Shown: positions 23,862 through 37,813 of the stretch, piece after piece
Numbering within the stretch: position 1 is the first letter of the stretch
How the letters are laid out: each line of letters opens with the position of its first letter
NCBI GenBank assembly: GCA_009103225.1
Contig: RHPI01003642.1
Coordinates: forward strand, 983,099-1,047,098
Source: Chlorokybus atmophyticus
Taxonomy: Eukaryota > Plantae > Mesostigma and Chlorokybus algae
Length of the DNA stretch: 64,000 nucleotides
Direction of reading: 5' to 3'
Translations under genes and position numbers: made by a program
The notes under the pieces: model-generated
What the model saw: the letters and a program-made list of their open reading frames with translations, nothing else
Database searches by the model: none
Told to the model about the DNA's origin: nothing

Positions 23862-25712
23862 CGCTCAGCAGCCCCTCCCGCCGCAAACAGCACCTCCCCA
23901 GCGCAGCAGGGGGGCGGGAGGATCAGCACGGCAACCGCCTCAGCGGTCCCCGCAGCTGCAAGCCCATCCCCTTGTGAGAGGCGCCCACAGCACGAGGACA
24001 ACACGCGCAGAGTCCACCCTCAGGGTCAATCCAGCCGCTCCGCCTTGACGTCACCCACAGCAACCTCCTTGCCGACACCGAGAGAACCCTCTCCTCACTC
24101 GGTCCGTCCAGCAAGCAACAACCCCTGCCGCCACCGCCGCCGCCGCCCACAGCTGTATATATCCCAACAGCCACTTCTGCTTTCTTGTGCTGCACTTTCC
24201 CAAAAGAAAGCAGGCTGTAGCCTACCAAACCTCGTCGACGTAAGTCGTTGCGCTTTCACAGCGACGCACGTTGGGCTAGTCGCTGCTTGCGATCTGATTC
24301 GCAAGGCGCACGTTAACGTTATGTGCTCGCGTCTGCCAGTGGCAAGTTGTTCCACCACTGGCAACGCCGTCACTGTCACGGTCATTGGCGTGGTCGGTTC
24401 ACGCCGAGAGGGGAATTCTCATTCGCGGGGAGGCTTCTCGGGTTTTGCTCACAGGTGCGCCGGGCTGGCTCTTTTGCGACTTTATGGACAGCTCGCACGT
24501 GCCGTGCCACATCAAATAACGCAGCGACAATTGGTGACGAGTCGTTACGTGCAGAAACAACGAAGCCCCGATTCTGCACAGATGTGACACTACATCGAAC
24601 TCACAAACAGCCTTTGCTGTGTTGTTGTGCAATTGTTGTGAACCTTCTCGCATAGATATACTCTCTTTAACACTATTGCTGAGCACAACCAGTGTGTAAT
24701 TAAGATTTAACTCTTTAGGTCTTTACTCACTCAATGCCCGATTATAGAAATGCTCTTATGTTGTTTAGAGATGATGGGGGGGACCATATGCGTGTGCGCA
24801 CGCACGCATTGTGCATGTGGGTGTGAAGGTGCGTGTGCGTGCGCATCCAACATCGGCGCTTACATCAATAGGGTATGGCGTGTTCATGGCGACTCACTAC
24901 TGAAATATGCAATTCCCTGCTGTTGATGTTGTGTTCTGCATTTTACAACTTGGGTTTTCCGTTATAAATTATGCTTGTACGTATCATATGTACAAGCACA
25001 GTATGTGTATGTCCTTTCCTCTTGAACCTCATGTTTGCGTAACATAGTCTAGCAGCGTACACCTCTTGTAGCATTGATATACGATCAGCTAAACCAAATG
25101 TTAGTTGGTAAGATATGAGCTGCTTAGGAGTTGTTGAAAAATAGACCATTTGGATAGCACAACACATGGAAGACAACCTCTGAATAGATTCTAAACCCTC
25201 AATTCTAATTCACCAAATGCGAAGCGATTACACGAGATTGCACCAGATGGCACCAGCAGCGGTAGATACATGAAAAATATTGCTTCCCATCTGAACACTT
25301 GATACTACCATGGCGCAATTTCTGTTTAATTTCTACCACATGGTGGTGGTTTCTTACCAATGTGCAGTGGTAGCTTCTTCTAATAGGAATACGGTGTAAC
25401 GACACATGGCAGACCCAATGAAATACGAAAAGACAAAAAAGATATTGGATGTTAATGTTTCGTGTGGCACATGGCTAATAGTTACCGCCTATTTAAAAGA
25501 CACAAAACGCTTGATATATATGTCAAGACCTCAAAGGTTATGATCTGTTTGTTCTCGAACTTTAACTATATGCATTTGTCTTTACCCTATTGTTGAAGAT
25601 GCAAACGCCTGACACATTGTCGGAAAACGTGACGCCGGTTGTAATCCCACTAGCTCAGCAATGAAATCTAAGCACACATATCGTACAGCCCTTCTCCTCC
25701 ATAAGTGACTGC

Positions 25713-25715
<3 letters not shown>

Positions 25716-25763
<48 letters not shown>
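25716..25763. repeat. (CT)n microsatellite
   Basis: About 24 TC units read directly. Confidence 0.97.
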
Positions 25764-25764
<1 letters not shown>

Positions 25765-26525
25765 AGATGTCCACAGGGTCTATTTGCCGACTTACACTTC
25801 AAGAGCATAAGATGATTAAATTCTTCTCTAAACATTGATCAAAGATCGACCTTTCTTGTACCCCGCACCCGTGCAATAAGCCTGAAGATTCCGCAAAATA
25901 AAATTCGACGACTTTCACCAAGCCATTGAATATATATGTTACTACTATATCATAAGCAGCATTAAACTTGACTGTGCGCTTTGTGCGGCTTGTGCGTTCA
26001 GGTCACGTGCGCTTGCGCCTTTGCCACTATGTTGCTCTGCCACGTCACCAGGACCAACGGCGGCGTCGGCGGCGGCGGCGGCAGCCTTGGTGAGATGAAC
26101 TTAGTCAGATAGTCAGTTCCCCGATTGTGCATTCTTTCGTTTCTCGTGGTTGAGGGCTGGACGGATGTGTGTCTTTAGTGCTATTGCGCTAGCTGCGTGA
26201 GTGGTGCCCGTGGAAAGGCTTAAGCGCTGCACACCTACACCCTCAAGCGCAGGCAGAGTTCCAAATCAGGTAATTTTGGTAGATTAGATCAAAGTACATT
26301 AACAAAACAGCATTTGATGTGGTGAATGACGTGGTATGTTTTACTGTGTTGAGCGTCAGACTATTGCAATACATGATCAGTCGTGCACATCTGATACACA
26401 CATTTGACTGAGTAGATGAAGGCACATACGTACAGGCACATATAGCTCGAAAACAGGGCAGGGCGGTTGTGAGGACGGAGTAACTCATAAGTTGGAAATG
26501 GCAGTGTAAAAGAGCGAGGAGCGCA

Positions 26526-26653
26526 ATGAACAGCGTGGATGCTCAGCGCGTGGTGGCGGTGGTGGACGAGGCCATTGCCGACATGCACCGCCTCGCCACC
26601 TTCGCCCACCTCGCCACCGTCTCCACCACCATCACCCGCGCAGAGGTGCACGA

Positions 26654-26702
<49 letters not shown>

Positions 26703-29256
26703 NNNNNNNNNNNNNNNNNNNNNNNNNNNNNNNNNNNNNNNNNNNNNNNNNNNNNNNNNNNNNNNNNNNNNNNNNNNNNNNNNNNNNNNNNNNNNNNNNN
26801 NNNNNNNNNNNNNNNNNNNNNNNNNNNNNNNNNNNNNNNNNNNNNNNNNNNNNNNNNNNNNNNNNNNNNNNNNNNNNNNNNNNNNNNNNNNNNNNNNNNN
26901 NNNNNNNNNNNNNNNNNNNNNNNNNNNNNNNNNNNNNNNNNNNNNNNNNNNNNNNNNNNNNNNNNNNNNNNNNNNNNNNNNNNNNNNNNNNNNNNNNNNN
27001 NNNNNNNNNNNNNNNNNNNNNNNNNNNNNNNNNNNNNNNNNNNNNNNNNNNNNNNNNNNNNNNNNNNNNNNNNNNNNNNNNNNNNNNNNNNNNNNNNNNN
27101 NNNNNNNNNNNNNNNNNNNNNNNNNNNNNNNNNNNNNNNNNNNNNNNNNNNNNNNNNNNNNNNNNNNNNNNNNNNNNNNNNNNNNNNNNNNNNNNNNNNN
27201 NNNNNNNNNNNNNNNNNNNNNNNNNNNNNNNNNNNNNNNNNNNNNNNNNNNNNNNNNNNNNNNNNNNNNNNNNNNNNNNNNNNNNNNNNNNNNNNNNNNN
27301 NNNNNNNNNNNNNNNNNNNNNNNNNNNNNNNNNNNNNNNNNNNNNNNNNNNNNNNNNNNNNACCCTCCAGGTGTCCCCTCCCTCCTACCTCCCCTCTCCC
27401 GCCCCTCTCCTCCTCTCCTCCTACCTCCTGGCCGCCCGCGACGCCGCCTCCTCCGCCGCTGACGGCATCCTTCTCCCCCAGGAAGGCGCGCTGGCCGCCA
27501 CGCACGCTCTAACTAAACTACTCGCGCGCGGGGGAGCGGTCACCAAGGCACTGCAGGATACGCTTGCAGAGGAGAAGGCGGAGGTGTCGAACGGGATGAG
27601 AGTGTTTATGGAGACGATGAAGGCGCTGAGGGAATCTGTCTTTACGAATTTGGCGACGACGGTAGAGGAGCAGGCTGCACGCAATGCAGCACAAGTGAGT
27701 TGGTTGGCGGCTGTGTGTGTAACATGAGAGTGTGAGTGCGAGTGTGCGTGTGCGTGTGCGCGTATGTGCACACTCAAATATGCGTGCGTTTAACAGGAGG
27801 AGGCGAAGAAGCGGGAAGAGCGTGCGGCGAGGGATCTGGCAGCGTTGGAGCAGCAATCGCGTGTGGAGGGCAGAGAGAGGAGCAAAGCCATTCGAGCCCT
27901 CGCCGACGCCGAGGTGACAAAACAACAATGGATTACAGTCCCAGTCAACACGCGCACGCGCACGCACACTCACTCTCCCCCATGCAGGCTCGTGCTAGCG
28001 AGGAGGTCGAGGGCGTGAAGCGCGTGGCTAGTCAAGCCGCTTCTCATCTCATCTCCGAGTCCGATGCATCCGAGCGCGAGTCTGCATCGGCGTTCGAGTC
28101 CCGCGAGTCCACATTGCGAGCGGAGTCTGCGGCCGCGAAGGCCGAGCTCGCTAAGGCACGCGCCGCCAACGCTGAGGCGGAGACGCTACAGAGGTCGAGG
28201 TGCAGGAAGGGAGAGGCGGAAGTGAGAGCGTGGCTGGCGGAGTATGATAGGGATGTCGGGACAAAGCATGGACAGCTCGTCGCGGAAAAGGTGGGGTGTT
28301 ATTGTCATTGCCGTTGTTGTTGTTGATGTTGGCCTTATCAAGCTATGTATGCTGGTGTTCATGCACTAGTGTGTCTGTGTGCGAGCGCGCGTGCGCAAGC
28401 ACATACTGTATGCCACCTCCAACATGCACCTAACTGCGGCTTTGTTGATGTGACTTTCAGGCAGCCTATGAACGCGTCCTGACGAGGATCAAAGACTGTG
28501 AAGCGTTCTTCCACATACGCAAACTGAGGGTAAGTGTGAGGACTCTCACTCATACGTGTCACTCGAGTGTTGCTGTTGCTGTTGCTCACGTGTGGCCTCT
28601 TCTACTCCAGGAGGATGAGAAGCTGGCAATAGAGAAGATGCAAGCCGAGCTGCGCCTGGTAAGCACTTGCGTGAGGCTAAGAGCCAGTGCAACAACACCC
28701 ACTTCACCTATTCTGTCTACACACACAACAACACTTGGTCATGACACTTGGCCTTCCTACCCATAGAAAGAGGAGAGCAAGAAGTTCCAGAATGACTTTG
28801 CGGCACGGCGGATCCAACGGCAGTGGCGTGCAATTCTGGCCTTGCGGCGAGCCGAGAAGGGGGAAAAGGGGGGAAAGAAGGGCTCCGCCAAGAAGAAAGC
28901 ATCTGCTAAGGTGGGCTTGTAAGGGTGGGTGTGGGTGCGCACTTGCATGTCCATGCAAGCTGCGTGCGTGCGTGTGCATGTTTGCGTGCATCAGGTGAGT
29001 GTGGATAACTGATACGGTGTTGTCGTCTCTCTACCCTTTGTAGGGTGCTGCACCTGCGAAGAAGGGTTCTGCCAAGCCAAAGGTACTGTGCTTGCCAGCT
29101 ATGCGTATGCTGGTGGGATAGAGTGCTTGTTGTTGTCAAATGATGCCAATACGCATGCTGATCGTGGGATTGTACCTGCAGTCGCCGGGTGGGGGCAAGA
29201 AGTCTCCTAAGGGGGGTGCAAGCAAGAAGAAGAAGAGCGGCAAGAAAAGCCCTTGA
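26526..29256 (+). CDS. DRC9: Dynein regulatory complex subunit 9 / IQCG-like flagellar protein (spliced, interrupted by N gap)
   Basis: N-terminus MNSVDAQRVVAVVDEAI, a long coiled coil, WLAEYDRDVG, an IQ-like motif AARRIQRQWRAILALR and a Lys-rich tail ending KKSP* (29254-29256). This architecture matches IQCG/DRC9. Confidence 0.78.
26656..27361. other. (CT)n tract running into a 659-N assembly gap
   Basis: CT repeat at 26656-26702, then N at 26703-27361. Confidence 0.98.
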
Positions 29257-29969
29257 TACATAACACAGCTGTTACTCGCGCTGCTGAGAGGTGTGTTGCC
29301 AATCATAACAGCATAATCTAAAAACTTCGTTCATTCCACCAATATCATCCTCACATAATTGCGCACATGACTAATGACTTGCACCGTTATCTTTAGATGT
29401 TCAGCTGAGGGTTGGATTTATCGTCTGCCTAAAACGAAATTTGGTTAGTCAATGAAGCCGTGATAGTACATGCCTATGTTATGTGATTCAGTTCTAGCAT
29501 TGGCTATATTGTTGATGGGCGAAGCAACTATCTAGGTGATCCTGTAAGAATGCACTAACATTGTGTTGCATTTTACAATAACACACTTAGCTGAGTACTG
29601 CACTGATTGTTGCTTTGTTTGCTGTGGTTTGTTGTTGTCAGCAGTGAGTCGTGCTGTCAATATTGTTTGTCTTTGCATTACCACATCACAATCATAGGCA
29701 GTGCCAACAGCTGATGCTGGACAAGAATGCTGCCGAACAGGGAGGTTTTGTCAGGGATTGTCAGCAACAAGAAGTAACTTGTCTAGTACCATTGCAGGTA
29801 TCAATGCCTGTGTGCGCGTCACTGCTGATTACACAGTCATTATCGCGGCCAGCAGTTGCTGCGTTAACTAATCCTCTCGGGCGCCAACCACTTTCTGCTA
29901 CATGCGAGTCCTGATCACTGCCGGCAATCCTTGCAAAGCAATGCTATACAAAAAGCCTCAGCTACCAGC

Positions 29970-32900
29970 TTAAGGCACTGGCAGGGGCTTCAATCCCCAG
30001 ATCTCCTTAGCATACTGGCGAATGGTGCGATCGCTGCTGAAAAACCCAGAGCCTGCGGTGCTCATGATAGACTGCCGCGCCCAGCCGTCTCTGTCCTTGT
30101 AGGCAGCGTCAACAGCCTCCTGCGCCTCAATATAACCGGCAAAGTCAACTCCAACCAAGAAGTAATCACCACGTCCATAGCCGCTGTTGCCCTCCAGTGA
30201 GCCAAGCAGCTGCTCCACTTCTTCGCGCTCCGACTTCTTTGAGCCGAAGACGCCCGTGCGAATGTAGTCCAATGTCTCCGTGAACTTTGGATGCGGTGTG
30301 TACTGCGATTATTGCATACGCATCACAACAGGCCGGATGTGACACCATATACAAGTACTAGCAACCCTCAACCACCCCTACCTTGCCCTCGGCGCGCTCT
30401 TCACGCAGCCGGGCTACGTCCTCAGCGCGCACCCCGAACAAGAAGAAGTTCTCATGTCCAACCTGTTTGATAGCAGCATTCACAACAAGTCAGTACCGTG
30501 CACATGCAAGCCAGCAAATTTGGTCAGGTCAAATATGGTCTCGAGTTGTGGTCCCAATGTCACTCACCTCATCACGAATCTCAACATTGGCGCCGTCCAA
30601 TGTACCAATAATTAAGCAACCATTCATGGCAAACTTCATGTTGCTGGTACCACTGGCCTCCATGCCAGCCGTGCTGTGCATCAAGCAGGTCAGGGTCAAG
30701 GACGCGCCAGTGACAACAGAAGCTCCAGCACGTTGCAAACAGCATATATACGAAGTGTGCAATGCACCTGATGTGCTGAGACAGTTCACTAGCAGGAATC
30801 AGCCTCTCAGCAAGAGTGACGTTGTAGTCTGGAACGAAAACAACCTGCCATACAAGGTCGTAAGCACACTGCATGCAGGAGGTCAAGAACAACGAGGCAT
30901 TGGCAGCCTGCCTCACCTTCAACAGGTCCTCAATCTCGGGGTCATTGTTCACAACATGGCCAACCATGGACACAAACTTCACAATACGCTTAGCCTGCCA
31001 GTAAGTGGCAAAGGCCTTGCCACCAATCATGACAGCACGAGGGACAACAGACTTTCGCTGTTCTGGTGTCATCTCCTTAATCTTCTTGTAGCGGTACACC
31101 ACGCCAAGGATGTTCAATAGCTGCCTCTTATACTCGTGGATACGTTTGACCTGCACGTTCACAGCTGTGCATAGCTGGTCTTTGAGCATGCAGTGCAATG
31201 CAAGGTGCAGTACCTGGATATCAAATAGGGCGGCAGGCGGTAGCTCGACACCACAAGTGTCCTTGATGTATTGTGCGAGGTTGGCTTTGTTCTCAAACTT
31301 GGACGCGTTCCACTCCTTGTGCAACTCCTTGTCATCCGCAAACTGCAGAATACACGAGTCATGCGACTGTGCATGTTGTAGGGAAAGCATTGCTGCTATA
31401 CTGAAGAGAGAATTGATACCTGTCGCAAGCCTTGGAGCAGGTCAAGATCAGTAACCCATTCGTCCGTGCCCAACCACTTGGTGATGACCGCGCTCAAACC
31501 TGCAGAGACACTCGTGAGAACTGCATCAACTTGAAGTTTCCTTTGAGGCAGCATGTTGTCAGGACCCTCCTCACTTGGGTTGCAAAACTTCAACCAGCGG
31601 CGAGGGGTGACACCATTCGTCTTGTTTTGGAACTTTTCAGGAAACAGCTCGTAGAAATCCTTGAAGACATCGCTCTTGACAATTTCTGTGTGGATGGCGG
31701 CCACACCATTAACGGCCACTCCAGCAATGACACTCATGTTTGCCATGCGCACCTCCGGAGGTGGGCCCTGAGTAAAACCACCTAGTCAGCCTGATTGAAC
31801 TGCTAAGTCAATGCTGCATGGAAGCCATCCAGGCATGCCCCATATGAATACTGCTTACATCATCTTCCACCATGGCCACTGCCATAATCCTGCCCTGTGG
31901 GGTGAGATTGCCCAAGATTCGCATGGACTCCTTTTTCTTGCTGAGCTCCTTGGGTGGCAGATCTTTGTACTTCTCCTCCAGAAAATCAACAAACTGCAAA
32001 ATACAAAGAGGCATATCTGGGCCAATTGCAAATTGCGAGTCCAGGGAAGCTAGCACTCGCCACTCATTGAACTGTCAGTGCGCACCCGCAGTTCCAAACT
32101 ACTGCATTGTACAATGGTGGTTCCCGTTTAAAAGCACGTTCACAAATGCTCTCACCCTGTCATCAATCTCTGCAATGATATGTGTGTGGCGTGGCAACAG
32201 CTTCTTCATCAGCTTCAGCGGCCACTTCTCAAGCGCCTCGGGCAAAACGGTGTGGTTGGTGTATGCACAGGCCCTGTCATCAATTGCGTTATAAACTACA
32301 TTGGCAGTTGCTTATTGCCAAAATCAACCATGCCAGTTACTGAGGAAGCAGGCATACTTGCAGGTGATGCCCCAGGCCTTGTCAAAGGATAGCCCTTGCT
32401 CGTCCATAAGCAACCGCATCAACTCAGGAACGACCAGCGAAGGATGTGTATCGTTCATCTGTACAATTGCCTTGGTCGGTAGCTCTTCCCAGTTGACAGG
32501 CAGTCCCCGCTTCTCGCGCAGGACCTTGAAGCGTGCCATGATATCCTGCAGGGATGCGCTGACCAGCATGTATTGCTGCTTCAACCGCAGAGCCTTGCCC
32601 TCTGTAGTTCCATCTCCAGGATACAGCACGGAGTTAATCTGGAAACAGCAGTGCAATCTCAGGCAGCTAGCTTATTCGCCGAGTTCAGCCTACCAACTGA
32701 AAGAACAATCTAGACTAAAAAACGCTGCTAAGAGACACAAGCTGTAAGTGACCTTCCTTCTCCGTGATTTGGTGTCATACAAGGAGTACTTGTTCATAAC
32801 AGCAGTAAGTTTCAACAAGTGTCAATCACAGTCTGCAAGCAGCGCACCTTTTCAGCTTCGATCTGTGCACCAGCAGCCTTTGTATGATGCCCAGAGTTGA

Positions 32901-34800
32901 ATTGCTCCAAGTTGAAGAGTGATGGTGGTGCATGAGCATTCCACAATCTCAAGTTGATGGTGTTCTTGGTGCCATACCTGCAGGACATGCCAACTTGTGC
33001 TGAACTGACCACTCAACCACATACAATCTGACACACTCTGAAGGCTTGTTATCTGCACTAGTCAACCTCTCTGCTCATGTTCCCATAACATGGTGGTTGC
33101 ACACAGATGTCACTGTCATGCTATTCAGGTTGATCGTTGTTACTATCAACTCAGACTCTGCCATGGCAACTGGCTGTCTACCACTGGATGCAAACGTGCA
33201 TCACATTGAAGCCACGCGACTCGCATCAGCAGTCGCCACAGGAAGGAGGCTGTTTACATCCATTAACATGTATTCTACCGAACACTCACCCTGGGATGGG
33301 ATTGTCGTATGCCACTGCGAACAATTCCTCCCCTCCTTCCCAAGTCACCTGGCCCTTGGACTTGGTCACCGAACCATAGTAGCGGATTGGGTAAGCAATG
33401 TCAGGCCTGGGAATCTCCCAAGGGTTGCCATACTGCCAAGCACGCCTACAGTTAGTGAGCGAATCCTACGCATTATGCAGTGGTACAAACAAGCAGCAGC
33501 AGCCAGGGCAATAATCAGCGTTGATGCAGCATGCCAACCTCCAGCCAGTCTTCAGCATGCTCTTCTTGGGTGCCATCCTCAGCAATGGTCTGGCGGAACA
33601 AGCCATACTTGTACCTCATGCCATAACCCCAGCCAGGAAGGTTGGTTGTGGCAATGGAGTCAAGGAAACACGACGCCAGGCGACCAAGGCCACCATTGCC
33701 CAGAGCCGCATCGCGCTCCTGTAGACGAGATCCGGCAATGCTCAGCCCACTGGCAGCAACAAGACGAGCCAACTACTATGACCTCTTCCTCATAAGGTGG
33801 GTACTTTGAAAACAACGAGTTCCCTACCCGACTAGCCACGTCTTCAATGTCCTGACCATACTTCTTCAGCACCTCAGCGTATTCGCCTCGTAGCCCCAAG
33901 TTCCCAATGGCATTGAGCAGAGTGCGACCCTACATGCAGTGATGATATTGTTGCAAAGTGCACCTGACCAGCAATTCAAACCACACTTGTCAATAAAAGC
34001 TCACCTGCAAAAACTCCATAGAAATGTAGTAGCACATCTTTGGGTCCTCCTTGAGAAACAACTCGTAAGTCTCATTGAAGCGCTCGACCAGGCGCTCCTT
34101 GACAGACTTGGCCACGACAGCATATGCGTTTTTGGGGTAAAACACCGAAACTGGAGTATGCTTCATATGGTAATCCACGCTCTTCTCAACATCCTTCTTG
34201 GAACTGCAGGCGTAAACAGATCAGCAGGCCAAACTGACTGCCTTCAATCTCCACCGCCAACATCAACTCAACATGCTTTGCATGCAGCAGCCAGTGCACA
34301 AGGATGGTGTAGGCATGTTCTCTGATGTTCTGCACATGCATGCAGAGCAGCATCACAACCCCTGTCCACCCTTTCCCTTCGTGCAACACTTCAGCGACTG
34401 ATGTCCACATGGCATAGCCATTGACCGTTAATATGCTGTGGCATGCGCAATGCTACAGCATCCCAACGTGGCTCTGAAGCGGCTGCGTAACTATCCCAGG
34501 GTTGAACCGCTGGAATGCACCATGCAAAGGTGGGCACACGAAGCAATGCCCTACGCACATGCCGGTGGGAGGAGCGACGGTGGTCTTCGGCGGCTCCGTG
34601 GCAATCGCCTGGACGGCGGGAACGCCGGCGGCGGCCATGCGGGCGGGGCGGCAGGGGAGCGATCGGAGGAGGCGAGCGCCTGCGTCACCGGCAACAAAGC
34701 TACTCCGCGAAGCAGGAGCAGGTGCTTGTAGCAACCGTTCACAAACCCTCCCAGAAGCCGCGCCGCTCGCCACCGTCGCTGCCGCCGCCGCCATCCCCAT
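29970..34800 (-). CDS. PHO: Alpha-glucan (starch) phosphorylase with N-terminal transit-peptide-like extension (spliced)
   Basis: Contains YYISMEFLQ|[67 protein letters not shown], the PLP motif [14 protein letters not shown] and [17 protein letters not shown]. The Ala/Ser/Arg-rich N-terminus starts at ATG 34800. Confidence 0.97.
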
Positions 34801-37800
34801 TGACCCAGCTAGCACTGCTACCGAAGCATACAGCCTTGGTTGTTACAGGCATGACAGCTAGCAGCCAGAACTTCTGGCTCGGAAGTTCCAATCTAGAGCA
34901 TAACTTCCGAGGCGGAACTGATGGCGTAACGCAGACACGCTGGCTGCAGCGTCGGAAATCTGACGCGTTAACAGTCGCCCAGCCAACGCCACTTCCTTGC
35001 AGCCTGGAAATCGCGGTATGTCGCGAAGTCGACGTGCGAGGCGTCGTATGTCGGTCAATGAATTGCCATCAGTAACTTTCCAATGACTGTAGTCGAAATG
35101 CCCTGATTTTGGGGAACGGCGATTGACGTTTTGTCAACGTCGCAGCGAGCCCACAGCCGCCGCAGATGAACGACATACAAATACCCTCAACCCATGTCAC
35201 CATTGACTGACGTCGATAGAGCGCAACTCCCAGGCACCAGGGGCAAATTGCGTTGGCTGAGCAATTGTTAACGGCGTTAGTCTGACTTAGACTAATGCCG
35301 TTAATGATTGAGGGAAGTAACCGTTTACGATTACGGCGATTGCGGTTCTCGCTGTCAGTTACGAGTCGTAATTAAGCGTAAAGTTCCTATGATATTCTGC
35401 TTCCATGTGCTTTATGGAATCGCAGCAGGCGCTGGAAAAAGTGAAAAGCACAGATTCTGCTTTGCCGAGATGAACGCCAGCCAGCAGCCACCAAGTGCCA
35501 GCATGCAGATCGGACAGCTTCATGACAGCATGGAGATTCGTCACACCAGTTTCACGACTTCGCTGCAATCTGTCCGTGTGCAACTGACTGAATATGCTTG
35601 TTTGATTGCTGAGTACCTTTTCATGTGTGTAGCATACTGGTAAACAACCAGTGTTTCTGTGCTAAGCACTGTGCATTCGCTCAGTTGTGGCTCCAGATAT
35701 TAGCTCATACCAAGGAAAGCAGCGACAGAAAAGTTTACATGCAAACTATTACATTGATAAAGTGCACAATTTCAGCGCGTATTATGTCATAATGTGGCTT
35801 TGTTCGGTTCTAACAAAACTAAGCTATAATGTGGCTCCTTTTTAAAAACGCAAACCTACTCGAGCAAAAGTTGAGACACAACCGTTGTAGCTTTAACGTA
35901 ATACATAAGTACCAATGGTGGCTCGTGTCCAACATGTCAATTATTATCATGGCAAGTTGATGAAAGCTTGATGTAAACTAGTTATTAGCAATTTAAATAC
36001 TTGGATGTAGCGTATGTCTTTGCAAATCACCTCAACGCACGCAACACAAGTTACATTTTGTTAAACAAGTTTATTTACATTGGTGTACGCAAATAAAAAT
36101 TAGTCATTTATGTAAGTGTAGTAATTGATGTCTTCTCTAAACATTGCCCTCTACACGACGAACACAATCAACATGACAAAGTTATTGAGCATGCTGTGAG
36201 CAAGCATGCCGTTAATTAGATCAATCTGCCAATTATACTTGAGTACGTTAGTATACGCATATTTATGTGTAAGATAGCACTTCATATGTATATGAACCCA
36301 ATATACATGTCATCAACCATATACATTGTGATTTTGTATTGCTTATAATATTGGCAGATTACGCACCATATGCCTTATTCTTGTTGTACATGTGACAACA
36401 TGCTCTTCAACTTCATTTCATGCCATGTGTAACATATGAATCCGCTTTCGAAAGCTATTTTGTTTGTGCAAACTGCATGATGCACGTGTAATAATATATG
36501 CGGAGTGAAGCCAGGTATTGTTTATCATCCTTAGCAGGAGCTTGAGAGTGAACGTGCGCGCGATGCTGTCCGAGCTTTAGTATGCGGTTGGCATCAATAC
36601 AATGACACATGCAAATTCTTACTTGCTTGTTTCTCATATTAAAGTGAGCAGACAACTCATTACTATCAACATACAAGTTAATGGCTTCGAGTTGTTGGCT
36701 TGTATGCTGATTTGCATGCAAGTGAACATTTTGTTGATCATCATACATGAATGCATACAACAATCATATCATATTGCTTCAGATCGATTGCGATCTCAAG
36801 CAATATGATATGAGCACTCGTGTAGCTGTACCTGTACCTGTACCTGTACCTGTACATGTACCTGCTCATAGTTATGTTAATGTTTCGAAACTGGTCTGTT
36901 TGCGAGCGCCTCTCCATGACACTTCACGGTGAAACATTTTATACTGTTATGATTGTCATATGATATCAGTATGTATACAGGTTATCAACTACTTAGTTAT
37001 ACATTCAAACCTCAATCCACATAAGGGTTGTGTAAGGCATACCAAAGCCCGAGTGTGTACATGCAAGCGATCATCCGCAGCAGGTATAGCAAGGCTGCAA
37101 CCTATTATAGACCAAGCATGTCCGGCAACTAGAAATGTACATAGTTGTCGGGCACATGAAAGTATATCATGGTTGATGTACCTTAACGTTAAGCCAGATG
37201 TTGAACTGCCTGGCATAATACCACATGTGGTGTGCAACTACAATTGCGCTGTATTATCGCTTGAACAACGCAAGCTGGGCGTATACTATGCGCTTGCTTG
37301 TGTGCTACTACTGAGGGCCCCTCTCTTTTACCTTATGCTGGCTCCAAGCGACCAACCCAACAATGTTTGGACTAAGGGCAAAGTGTTAGAGAGTAACTCG
37401 GCTCGTGAAAGAGAGCTGGTTGTTTCCCCGCCTTCCTCCAGCAAAGAAGGACCTGCTCATGCCCTCCCGTTCAAGTGTCCATGTGCTGCTGAAACGGTCA
37501 AACTTTGACCGTCTTGACGAAACCACAGACTGCGTCCCTGGAGCTGAACAAGTTTGCCTTAATTGGAGGACACTCTGCTTGCTGCCTTGCCGCCATCATT
37601 TAATGCAATGTGCTGCTTAGCATGATACTCACAACACTGGCAACTGCAGAGCATCCCTATACATGATTTGCTACTGTACATGCAGTACCCAACAATGAAC
37701 TATTGCTCAATGCCAAGGCGCACAAAACATTTGTCAAGGCCAATGCAACAAGGATGAACAAATTATTGTACACGGTTGCAACACAATCATGTTACATGGT

Positions 37801-37813
37801 ACTGTTGTGTATG

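Noticed and set aside
23805-24587. 260-aa plus-strand ORF
   Set aside because: It is GC-rich antisense to the MgtE 5' region and has no domain signal.
26526-27512. Long ORFs with X runs (also 40570-41166)
   Set aside because: They are open only because they cross N gaps.
34861-34917. GAACTTC/GAAGTTC palindromes as a heat-shock element
   Set aside because: The spacing is GAA-N1-TTC, not the nGAAnnTTCn HSE pattern.
35650-37400. Short ORFs in AT-rich intergenic DNA (also 3400-4900, 24900-25500)
   Set aside because: No motifs or coding-like composition. These are probably neutral or highly decayed sequence.
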